A stretch of DNA of 64,000 nt from Mobula hypostoma (lineage: Eukaryota). Shown piece after piece: positions 1-9,955 of the stretch. Position 1 is the stretch's first letter; the number at the start of each line of letters is the position of its first letter. The notes under the pieces are model-generated. The model made no database searches, had not been told where the DNA came from, and was given only the letters and a program-made list of their open reading frames with translations. The position numbers and the translations under genes were made by a program. The DNA lies in the NCBI RefSeq assembly GCF_963921235.1, contig NC_086108.1, forward strand, positions 74,526,001-74,590,000, written 5' to 3'.

Positions 1-287
1 TTTTTTTCTTTATTGCTTAAAAAATTTCACACAGAGGGACTTCCGGGTCACCAAGAGAATGGCAGCGTAGGAAAAGGTCTCTCGACAAAAAAGAACGTAA
101 AGTACCCCAAAGTCGAAATTAGACAAATATTTTGTATTGTATAACTGTATCAATAAAAGGGACAAGAATGGAGTCTAAGTACAAGAATAAAAAGTCCGCT
201 CAGAAGACTGATGAATATAAAAAAGACGCGGCAAGACGAGGGGCCTAGCTCCCACATGGCTAGCCAGGATGGATATAATGTGGAAGA

Positions 288-1067
288 ATGGCGAATCTGA
301 CTTTGATTCTTGGAGAGATGCGTGATTTCCGACAATATCAACAACAGCTGGAAGATATTAAAGGAGAAATAGGAAAATTTAATCTGAGGTTAGATGAAGC
401 CGAAGCGAGGATTGTAGGGACTGAGGAGAGCCTGCAGAATGCAGAGGAAGTGATAGGAGAAATGCTGAAGCTACAGGAGCAGCTCCAGTGGAAGCTAATA
501 GACCAAGAAGGCCGCTCAAGAAGGGAAAATGTGAGGATCTGTGGAGTTCCCGAAGGAGCTGAAGGTAAACCGGGATTGGTGATTCCCTTCGTGGAGAAGC
601 TGCTTAGAGAGAACCTTGAAATACCAGACGCAAAAGATCTACAGATAGAAAGGGCCCACCGCAGGTTGGCACCACAACCCCTGGCAGATGCCCAGCCCAG
701 GTGGATTTTAGTCAGATTTCTCAGTTACAGTACAAAGGAAGAGGTGCTTAAACTGGCATGGCAAAAGAAAGGCTTTCTGTGGAGCAACTGTAAAATCAAT
801 TTAGACCACGATTACGCACCAGGGATCCTTGCTAGACGGAAGGAATACGTGGAAACACGGAAGCTCCTGAAGGAAAACAACATCAGATTTCAGACCCTGT
901 ATCCAGCCTGGCTAAGAGTCTTTTACGACGAAGGGACAAAAACCTACGCTACAGTGGAAGAGGCAACGTTGGATCTGGCAGTTCGGGGACTACCCATAAA
1001 AGTTATCACCCAACTGGAGTCGTTACTGGAGAAGATTTGGCGGTGGACATGGCAGCCAGTGTCGTGA
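288..1067 (+). CDS. L1 ORF1p-like RNA-binding protein (259 aa ORF, probably slightly decayed)
   Basis: Coiled-coil N-half, then L1 ORF1 motifs RSRRENVRICGVPEG, IERAHR, DHDYAP..ARRKEY, LYPAWLRV. Confidence 0.8.
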   Translation: MANLTLILGEMRDFRQYQQQLEDIKGEIGKFNLRLDEAEARIVGTEESLQNAEEVIGEMLKLQEQLQWKLIDQEGRSRRENVRICGVPEGAEGKPGLVIPFVEKLLRENLEIPDAKDLQIERAHRRLAPQPLADAQPRWILVRFLSYSTKEEVLKLAWQKKGFLWSNCKINLDHDYAPGILARRKEYVETRKLLKENNIRFQTLYPAWLRVFYDEGTKTYATVEEATLDLAVRGLPIKVITQLESLLEKIWRWTWQPVS

Positions 1068-1512
1068 GGACGCTCCACTTGAACCAGAGTGTCAAGCTGT
1101 AAGGAAAAGCTGCAAGTATTCAGACGCAAACGTACAGAGAGTGTAGAATAATTGAGAAATGTCTGAAAAGAGTAAATCGTACTTAAAAGGTAAAATGAAA
1201 GCTGATAATTGAAAATAATCTAGACGGAATAGCTTGAATGGTAGCAATATGGTCGAGACATAAAAAGAAGAGAATTCTTTATGACTCTTCACACTACGGA
1301 GGGCACTCTAGCACAGACTGGAGATAGGGGTTATCCCTCTGGACTGAGGCGGGTCGGTGCTCAGGCCTCCATGTTGGAAGTCAGGAAAAATTTTCAAATG
1401 TTCTATGTTCAAAAATGCCCAGGGTTTGGTTTTGTGTTCTGTTTTACTGTTGAGAAGGGATTGCTTACTGTTGGTTTAGAAAAAGAGTGTGTTTTTTTTC
1501 TATTAGAGAAAA

Positions 1513-3122
1513 ATGCAAATTGAACTGGTAAAAATAATTTCCTATAATGTAAATGGGGTTTTGAATCCAACTAAGAGAAATAAGATTATATCTAAATTGA
1601 AAAAGGAGAGGGCACAAATAGCTTTCCTTCAGGAAACGCACATGAGCCAATCCAAACATGCAAAATTAAAAAGAATGGGCTTTAAGCATGTATTTTATTC
1701 ATCATATAAATTGGGCCACAAAAGATGAGTAGCTACTTTAATATCAAGTGCTCTTAATTATGAACATATTTCAGAGACTAAAGACAAGGATGGACGATTT
1801 GTAAGAATTACTGGAAGAATAGAAGGTACTGAAATATCATTGTTGAATGCTTATGCTCCACCAGGTTGTGAATGGTCATTCTATAGACACATTTTTGACC
1901 TAATGGTCTGCTCTCAAGGGATAGTAATCTGCGGAGGGGATTTTAATATTAGGTTAAACCCTGCATTAGATTCTTCAAGAACAGTATTCAGAATAAACCT
2001 CTGACTAGGAAAGTGAATTCGTTGGAGGAGTTGGGAATTAATAGATGTGTGGAGGGAATTACACCCCACTAGTAAAGACTATATGCATTATTTTTCCCTC
2101 ATTTATCTTATTCAAGGATAGACTTTTTTTTATATTTAACATAGATAGATTCAGGATAAAAGAGTGTAATATTGCAACAATTGATCTGTCGGACCATAGT
2201 CCAGTCTCTATGTCTCTAATTCTGGAAAGGAAAATGAGGAAAACACTATGGAGGTTAAATTCACAAATACTCAATAACCTGAAAGTAATGGAGAAATTAA
2301 GGGGAGAAATCAAAGAATACTTAGACCATAATGACACGGGAGAAACATCACCAGTGATGTTATGGGATACATTGAAAGCTGTACTGAGAAGAAAAATTAT
2401 TTCCATTACTACTCACATGAAAAAATTCAATGCACAAAAATTAGCAGACCTTCAAGGAAAATTAAAACAGCTTCAAGTTGTAGATAGCAACAAAATTAGT
2501 TGTAATTTAAAACAGGAAATTGAGAAAGTGCAAAGTGAAATTGATGATACATACACATTGGAATCTCAAATAAACTTTCTTTACCTGAGACAAAAGAATT
2601 ATGAAGTAGGAGGAAAATCAGCTAGGTTATTAGCATAAGTTACGTAAACAAGCAGATAACGCAAGTCATAAAATTAGGAATCCAAAAACAAAGCTTGTGG
2701 AGAATATAATAGGGAAAATTCAAGAGAGTTTTGAAACACATTGTCGAGAACTGTACTTTCAACCCCGGGCCTCCAATGAGCCCTATATAGACACTTTCCT
2801 GAATTCTTTAGATCTACCCAAACTCACAGATTTACAAAACAAATGCTTATTAGAACCAGTAACTGCCAAAGAACTGAACGCGGTCATCTCTAGATTAAAG
2901 GCCGGAAAGTCTCCAGGCTCTGATGGGTTTACTTCAGAATGGTACAAATCACTGAAGTCACAGTTAGTTCCATTATTACTTAACACCTTTAATTGGATTT
3001 TACAGAGAGGAGAAATTCCACCTTCCTGGAGAGAGGCGATTATCTCAGTTATTCCTGAAGAGGGTAGAGATAAACTAGAATGTGGTAATTACCGACCAAT
3101 CAGTGTTCTTAATTTGGACTAC
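1513..3122 (+). pseudogene. L1 ORF2 (APE endonuclease + partial RT), broken by stops and frameshifts
   Basis: ORF pieces 1513..1728, 2045..2638 and 2697..~3125 carry EN and RT motifs in successive frames. Confidence 0.88.
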
Positions 3123-3374
3123 AAAAAATTTCACACAACCTCTCATGGTTTCATTTTTAAAGTGCTTATATATGTGGCGAAATGGCACTGTGTGTATAGC
3201 AAATGCAAAATCAGGACAAATGAGCAGAATTTTCTGCTGACCTTTGACCTGCAAACATTTATGAATTCCAGACATCAGACTATAAAACTACGCTGACAGA
3301 CAGTGTTGAATCCAAGAAAGGCTTTGTTAGAAGCGCTACATTTTAAAAGTGTAATGTATCTACTAATCCAGGAG

Positions 3375-4010
3375 AATCCCTGACACATGGTAGGTGGAAA
3401 CAGCAATAGGAATAATCCGTAGTATGAGAGGGGAAAATGTAGTAATTGATGCTGGGACTGGATAAGGAAGGGAAGGATGAGCAGATACGATCAGGGGGAG
3501 GGGATGGGAAGGAGAGGCCAGGGAGAAGAAAGTGAACTGAATAATTCTGTGGGTGGTGGAGAAATGGAAATGTGAAGGAAAGCAGAGGACCACTAGGAGT
3601 GAGAAAGGAACACAGGATGTGGATGTCCTAACACTAAAATTCAGTGTGCATACCATTGGTTTGAAGGCTACCCACATGGAATTTGAGGAGTTCTCAGAGC
3701 TTGTGTTTGATCTCAGTGGAGTTCAGTGTGTGAGTGCAAAGCAATCTATAATTAAATGCGATTGGAAGTTCAAGATGGCTATTGTGGACAGACTGAAGGT
3801 GCTCAGCAAAATAATCACCTAGTCTATCAACACACATCAAAGTTGCTGGTGAATGCTGCGTTCACCAGCAACTTTGTGTGTTGCTTGAATTTCCAGCATC
3901 TGCAGAATTCCTGTTGTTCACCTAGTCTATATTTGGTTTTGCCAATGTAGAGGAGGCCATGTTGAGAGCACTGAATGCAATTGACAGGTAAAAGGTGCTT
4001 GTGAATCTCT
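3375..4010 (-). mobile_element. Penelope-like retroelement fragment (GIY-YIG endonuclease end)
   Basis: Minus strand near 3925-3985 reads CIQCSQHGLLYIGKTKYRL, a GIY-YIG motif, followed by a pyrimidine-rich 3' region. Confidence 0.7.
3828..3917 (+). mobile_element. 90-bp Penelope-type tail insertion with inverted (hairpin) head
   Basis: 13-bp TSD TCACCTAGTCTAT at 3815-3827 and 3918-3930; internal palindrome CAACACAC..AGTTGCTGGTGAA / TTCACCAGCAACT..GTGTGTTG. Confidence 0.75.
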
Positions 4011-4724
4011 GCCTTCAGGAATTTGTTCTACATTACAGCATCTACTATACATTTCCATGTAATCCCAAGTACTTTGAATTGTGTTAGCATTCACATTTTG
4101 ATCTCTATGTTTAGTAAATGACTGATATATGAAAGTCATATTTTGCTGTTATTTGGTTTTGCACAGCATTTGCATTTGTATTTTAATTTTTATATCCACT
4201 GAGTAATCAATTCCTTAGATATGTAGTCATATTTTCAAATTTCACATGACACAAGGCCAATCAGCCTGTAAGTTTTTACTGTCTCTCAGGCTATCTACAT
4301 TTGTCCCATTTCCCTGATTTTTATTTTCTCTGTAACCTATTTTGCTAAATACACATGTATTCAGCAGGTCACAAAAATGCAACTAAGGTTAATTTGCCAG
4401 ACCAGAATTTTGCCATTGGAGTGTCTGTACTTATTTAAAAGTAGTACAGCATTTTAAGGAAATGGAAGAGGGGCAATGAAATGTCATACCTAAAAGTTGC
4501 AGTTTAAGTTGCATCAAAGTTCACCATTTGTCTTGTATTGAGTGTTGTGAAGCTGTCGTTACCTTGGGCAAGGCATGCCACAGAAAGTTGCTCACATGCA
4601 TTCTTTTAATGGTCTGCTTAATTAACAGAATTATATAAAAGACTGAAAAGCTGTAATTAAATGTGCTATATGATTGATTATTAATGGGGTGCTGCAAGAA
4701 TTAGGATTAGACCTTAAGCTTAAC

Positions 4725-5470
4725 GTTAATGACAGATGAAGGAGCCGGTGGTAGACCTGAGGAGAGCTAAGGTACAGGTGACTCCTGTTTCCATCCAGGG
4801 GGTCAGTGTGGACATGGTGGAGGATTACAAATACCTGGGGATACGAATTGACAATAAACTGGACTGGTCAAAGAACACTGAGGCTGTCTACAAGAAGGGT
4901 CAGAGCCATCTCTATTTCCTGAGGAGACTGAGATCCTTTAACATCTGCCGGACGATGCTGAGGATGTTCTATGAGTATGTGGTGGCCAGTGCTATCATGT
5001 TTGCTGTTGTGTGCTGGGGCAGCAGGCTGAGGGTAGCAGACACCAACAGAATCAACAAACTCATTCGTAAGGCCATTGATGTTGTGGGGATGGAACTGGA
5101 CTCTATGACAGTGGTGTCTGAAAAGAAGATGCTGTCTAAGTTGCATGCCATCTTGGTCAATGTCTCCCATCCACTACATAATGTACTGGGTGGGCACAGG
5201 AGTACATTCAGCCAGAGACTCATTCCACCGAGATGCAGCACAGAGCGTCATAGGAAGTCATTCCTGCCTGTGGCCATCAAACTTACAACTCCTCCCTTGG
5301 AGGGTCAGACACCCTGAGCCAATAGGCTGGCCCTGGATTTATTTCATAATTTACTGGCATAATATACATATTACTATTTAACTATTTATGGTTCTATTAC
5401 TATTTATTATTTATGGTGCAACTGTAATGAAAACTTAATTTCCCCCGGGATCAACAAAGTATGACTATGA
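4725..5470 (+). mobile_element. Rex/Babar-clade LINE 3' fragment
   Basis: ORF 4736..5317 has YKYLGI..DNKLDWS..KKGQSHLYFLRRLRSF..RKSFLPVAIKL; ends AAAGTATGACTATGA. Second copy on the minus strand at ~46600-46835. Confidence 0.85.
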
Positions 5471-6014
5471 AGACACAACATTGTAATGGAACATTTTTCT
5501 GTGCTATACAGTACAATAGTCTTTTTACTACCAAAAACATTTTCAACAGCTAGCAAAACAAGGTATAGGTACTTCTTGGTTGTCAGAACTTTGAGGTCTT
5601 TGGCAATGGGGCATCTTCCTTGGAAATCTTGTAGTTATTTATGTCAGGATGATAGAATCCAACACTTAACTGAATCAGTTAATAAAACCCTCTGGATTAG
5701 GATCAGGTAAATATGAGATGAAGGGTGAGTGCAAATGGTGATTGGAGATGATGGGTCTGAACCAGGAAGATGTGTTCAGAATTTCTATATGTTAAGGCCA
5801 GAAGACCCAGTGTTTCAGATTCAGTTGTATATTTGCTTACATGATGAGTGCTTTAGAATATCACCTCATTGTCTTGCAGCAGTCAAGTATTCTAACCTAT
5901 GTTTCAATGTGTCGAAGAAGTTTTAGATCACCATATGAGGTAAAGAAGATGTCAAAGCAAAATTTAACAGGACAACCTGTTTATTCAAAAATTATTTTTT
6001 CAGGTTGATTCAGA

Positions 6015-6120
6015 ATGACTTCTGGAAGAGCTGTGATTGGGAAGTTAGCTCCTGATTTTGAAGCTACAGCTGTGATGCCTAATGGACAGTTTGAACAACT
6101 CCAACTATCTAAATACAGAG
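6015..6120 (+). CDS. PRDX1: Peroxiredoxin-1-like, coding exon 1 ([36 protein letters not shown])
   Basis: Acceptor TTTTTCAG ends at 6003, then 11 nt of UTR, ATG at 6015, donor GTAAAC at 6121; 106 nt coding. Sequence resembles the vertebrate PRDX1 N-terminus. Confidence 0.95.
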
Positions 6121-6842
6121 GTAAACATAATGACAGTTGCACCCAGTTTGGCTCCCTGAGCCCCTTCCCCCTTTGAACTTCTCTTCTCTAGCACATTAGA
6201 ATTGAATAAAGAATGTCAAAGCTCCGAACAGGCCATGGGAGAGGAAAACTAACTTTATAAAACACAGTGATAGAATATTGTAGAAGCAGGTGTATGGCAT
6301 GTGGCTCCTTGTGCCTGCACTTCTATTCAATGAGGTCTTTTATCTTTGTTGTACTTAATTCCTACCCAGTACACTGCTGATGTTTAGCGCAGTGATGAAG
6401 GTCCTCCTTGGCCATCCAGATGTTGAAGGATTCTTCATTGCTGTTTCTGCAATAGCTTTCTTTGACTGATTAAGGTTGTTATCCCTGAGCTGAATCTGCA
6501 AAACTGGAGGACAGATGGACCATTCTTAGTCTGGCCTCTATGCTTTGACCTTACTGGCATGGGTGACCAAAGGCAAAGCACAAGGCCCTGACTCCAGCCA
6601 GCATAGTTCTCCAGGTCTTTGAAGCACGCAAGCCTCCAAACCATGACAAGGTTGTGGTCCTCTTGGAGGTCTTTGGTATAATGATCCCATATACCTTGAT
6701 TGTAATAAAATCTTAGAATCTTTTAAACTTTGGAAGATCAACCAAAGCATGAGAAGAATGCTGGAATATGTTGAGAGACTGCCTAATGGTTTTGATTGCA
6801 CAGTGTGGTATTTATAAATTAACTTGTTCATTTTCTTCACAG

Positions 6843-6996
6843 GAAAATATGTAGTCTTCTTTTTCTACCCACTTGATTTCTCCTATGTGTGTCCAACTGA
6901 GATTATTGCTTTTAGTGATCGTGTAGAAGATTTCAACAAGGTTAATTGTGAAATAATTGCTGCTTCTACAGATTCCCATTTTGCTCATTTAGCTTG
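6843..6996 (+). CDS. PRDX1: Peroxiredoxin-1-like, coding exon 2 with peroxidatic Cys52 ([25 protein letters not shown]...DSHFAHLAW)
   Basis: AG at 6841-6842, GT at 6997; 154 nt; phase matches the flanking exons. Confidence 0.97.
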
Positions 6997-7484
6997 GTAC
7001 GTAGCACTACTTTGTTTCCTAATCAATTTATCCAATGTTTAAATTGCAATTTTCAAAGACATCTAGAGATGTAGATTTAAGTGTTTTTATTTTAGCTTCT
7101 GGGTTTTCTCATCAAAATAGCGTTGTGTGAACATTCTCATGGAACAGCATGCCTTTATTTTTCTGAAAAATAGAGTCATGTCAGTAGCATAAAATTTTGA
7201 CTTTTGCAATACAGATGACTCAGTTAGCTACAAAATAGTGTGTTTACCAGATTATAAAGAAACAATTTTCTTTACTTATTAGTGTAGATAGTCATGCAAG
7301 GTCCACAACATATAATGTTGGCCCAGAGGATTGTGCAAGGAAGCAGTAGCATTGTAGCATGGTTCAATTCTACAAGTGAGCAGTTTGAGATACTGGACTA
7401 GCTCATTCTTGGTTACTCACTTCATGCGCACAGATGGCACTCCTCTTTGATTCTGTATCTCAGAAGAGGGAAACCATTTACTGT

Positions 7485-7770
7485 GCGTAACACTTTACTG
7501 TGCTAGTGACTGGGTTTCAATTTCTACCACTATCTGTAAGGAGTTTGTACATTCTCCCCTGTAACTGTGTGGGTTTCCTCCTGGTGCTCCGGTTTCCTTG
7601 TATATTTCAAACATGTATGGGTTAGTAAGTTATAGGCATGCCATGTTGCCGCTATAAACATGATGGCACTTGTGCGTTGCCCCCAGCACATCCTATATTG
7701 GTCATTGCTATGAATGACATATTTCACTGTGTGTTTTGATGTCTCAATGTACATGTGAGAAATAAAGCTA
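7485..7770 (+). mobile_element. V-SINE (HE1-like) copy
   Basis: Contains a V-domain-like core GTGTGGGTTTCCTCCTGGTGCTCCGGTTTCC and a 3' tail ending GTACATGTGAGAAATAAAG. Confidence 0.65.
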
Positions 7771-8377
7771 TCTGTTCATAGCTTATTGCAAGACTAACAT
7801 TGAAAATTAAAATTTTTCTACTGCCCTTATTCACTGTAAGCAGCACTTAGTCTGGTTTTTGCAAACTAACTTCCATCTTGCAAAGGGTTAACGGGAGCTC
7901 TCAGAAATTTCAGGTCACTCTGGACCATAACCCCACGACCAGATCATCACCTCCTGGACAGTTACTGACCTTACTTCCTCAGGAGAGCTTTGCTGCATGC
8001 TTGCAACTTCATTCCCCCAACTTCACACAGCCTGCTTCTTTCTCTTTTACAAGAAGGATAATTCATTACTCATAGATTCTGAACTCTTTTTCTATTACGT
8101 TAACACCTGAATTAGTGTTATTTTCTGTGCCAGAAATTGAACTGAGGTAGCCATATCTACAGTTTGGCTATGACAGCAGGCCATTCACTCCATTCCCAAC
8201 GCGCATTTGTACCATCTATGGTAGTGGTTGCCAACCCCTCGATTGCGATCGACTGGTCGATCTTTGAGACTTTCCCAGTAGATTCCAAGAAAAAATAAAA
8301 TACACAAATGCATTATGCCTGATAAACCTTTTGATGGAAAAGCAAATTTTACCCCTAGAGCACATATGTGAGTCATA

Positions 8378-8626
8378 CGTAGTAACTTCTACTTTGAAAA
8401 AGGACCACTCGACAACTTCGTGCCCAAAGGAACAACTTTATCTGGGACAGCAAAACCAATGTAGTGGAGGGGCTTATACACACATGTGCAGAAAAGACCA
8501 GAAGTAAAACCCCGCAACCCCGGAAACAACTTCTGTTTACAAGCAACTTTCCGTAGTGAGAGTATTGCTATATTACCATTATCCTAATTGGTATTAACTT
8601 ACCTTTATAATGCTCACATTACAACA
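8378..8626 (-). repeat. Gypsy-like LTR copy, inverted relative to 9704..9955
   Basis: Reverse complement reads TGTTGTAATGTGAGC...GAAGTTACTACG, nearly identical to 9704..9955; preceded on the minus strand by AAAGG (8627-8631). Confidence 0.85.
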
Positions 8627-8700
8627 CCTTTAATTCTAAGGTTCATTATTTAGTTTTATTTCAACATGAAAAATAAATGAATAAAAATTGACTGTTGCAC

Positions 8701-9450
8701 TCAGTGTGATGACTGGGGCTGAACACTTTCTGCTAGTTCCTTGAAATTTGGCTCATAACTACAGTCAGGCAGTTTGAGACAGTCTGTGAGGTGTCTGTCA
8801 GTAAGACAACTCCTGTACTTAGATTTAATAGTTTTCATCTGTGAAAATGCAATTTCATATAGATAAGTTGACCCAAAGTAGGCACTAACTTTTAGTGCAC
8901 TTGTGGTGAGATGAGGAAAGTTCTCCCTGCCGACAAGCCCACAAAAGTCACTGTCCCTTGATCTTGCTTTAAGCTCGATGTTATTTTGCAACTCAATTAT
9001 TTCTATCTCAATATCACTTGGCACACCAAATACTTGCTGGAATTTGGCTGCTATCTGTTCTATTTCGATCAGCAGAAATGGGTTTGAAATAAATGCAGCA
9101 ATATCTTTAATGACATTTAACTCCCCAAAACGCTGATTGAACTCTATTGCCAGTTTGTCTAGGTAAGCACAGTACTGCTCAGGGTGAAAAGCATTTTTTT
9201 TCCCTTGATGGCCTATAACAGTTTTCCAAGTTGGGAAAGTGTGTCAGCCTCCCGTTCTTTAAATTTGAAATCCAAACACCGAACTTGGCCTTAAATGCAT
9301 TTACTGTGCTTATCATGTGGGGCAGGTGTCGGTCTTTTCCCATGAGCTGGTTTCCCATGAGTGTGTTTAAGTTAGCCATTAGGTCTGTCAGAAACCCTAA
9401 ATCCAATAGCACGCATCATCTGACAGTTCCTCGTGCTCCTCGCTTCTTTA
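8701..9450 (-). pseudogene. hAT transposase C-terminal remnant (Charlie/Buster/GTF2IRD2-like)
   Basis: LLDLGFLTDL..LN..L.GK, AFKAK and FGSTYLYEIAFSQMKTIKSKYRSCLTD motifs across ORFs 9179..9412 and 8701..9024. Confidence 0.88.
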
Positions 9451-9454
9451 TCTC

Positions 9455-9955
9455 AGGCAGCAAGTCAACAGACGGTTGCAGCACAGTGCCCTCGCAAACC
9501 TCCTGACAGACTGAATATTCGAATGGACTGTTTCCTTTGTTAGACTGAATGTTGAACCTGCCCCGATTTTCAGGTGTTTTGTATTGGTAAACTTACTGAG
9601 ACACTAGTATAAGTTTCAGGGGTACGCAAACTAATGACACCACTGTTTTTTGTTTCCCAGTTCTTTTACATTTGGGGAATGTTGGAATTTAAAGGGGGGC
9701 AAGTGTTGTAATGTGAGCATTATAAAGGTAAGTTAGTACCAATTAGGATAATGGTAATATAGCAATACTCCCGCTACGGAAAGCTGTTTGTAAACAGAGG
9801 TTGTTGTTTCCGGGGTTGCGGGGTTTTACTTCCGGTCTTTTCTGCGCATGTGTGTATAAACCCCTCTGCCGTATTGGTTTTGCCGTCCCAGATAAAGTTG
9901 TTCCTTTGGACATGAAGTTGTCGAGTGGTCCTTTTTCAAAGTAGAAGTTACTACG
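9455..9955 (+). mobile_element. Gypsy 3' end: integrase C-terminus remnant, polypurine tract and 3' LTR
   Basis: RKPPDRLNI motif at ~9493-9520; PPT AAAGGGGGGCAAG at 9691-9703 abutting TGTTGT at 9704; LTR followed by AAAGG at 9956-9960. Confidence 0.8.

Larger units (their letters stand above)
34..3122 (+). mobile_element. L1-clade LINE, 5'-intact but 3'-truncated (5'UTR, ORF1, endonuclease, start of RT)
   Basis: Begins GAGGGACTTCCGG. ORF1 at 288..1067; APE endonuclease motifs (SYNVNG, FLQETH, SDHSP) from 1513; RT N-terminus (GKSPGSDGFT, NYRPISVLNLDYK) ends at ~3125. Perfect 15-bp TSD AAAAAATTTCACACA at 19-33 and 3123-3137. Confidence 0.93.

Noticed and set aside
6824..7042. ORF-track single-exon proteins at 6824..7042 and 14680..14913
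   Set aside because: These are peroxiredoxin exons read through into intron sequence; the splice sites define the true limits.
8701..9412. GTF2IRD2/ZBED/EPM2AIP1-like host gene
   Set aside because: Frameshifted fragment inside hAT TIRs with an 8-bp TSD.
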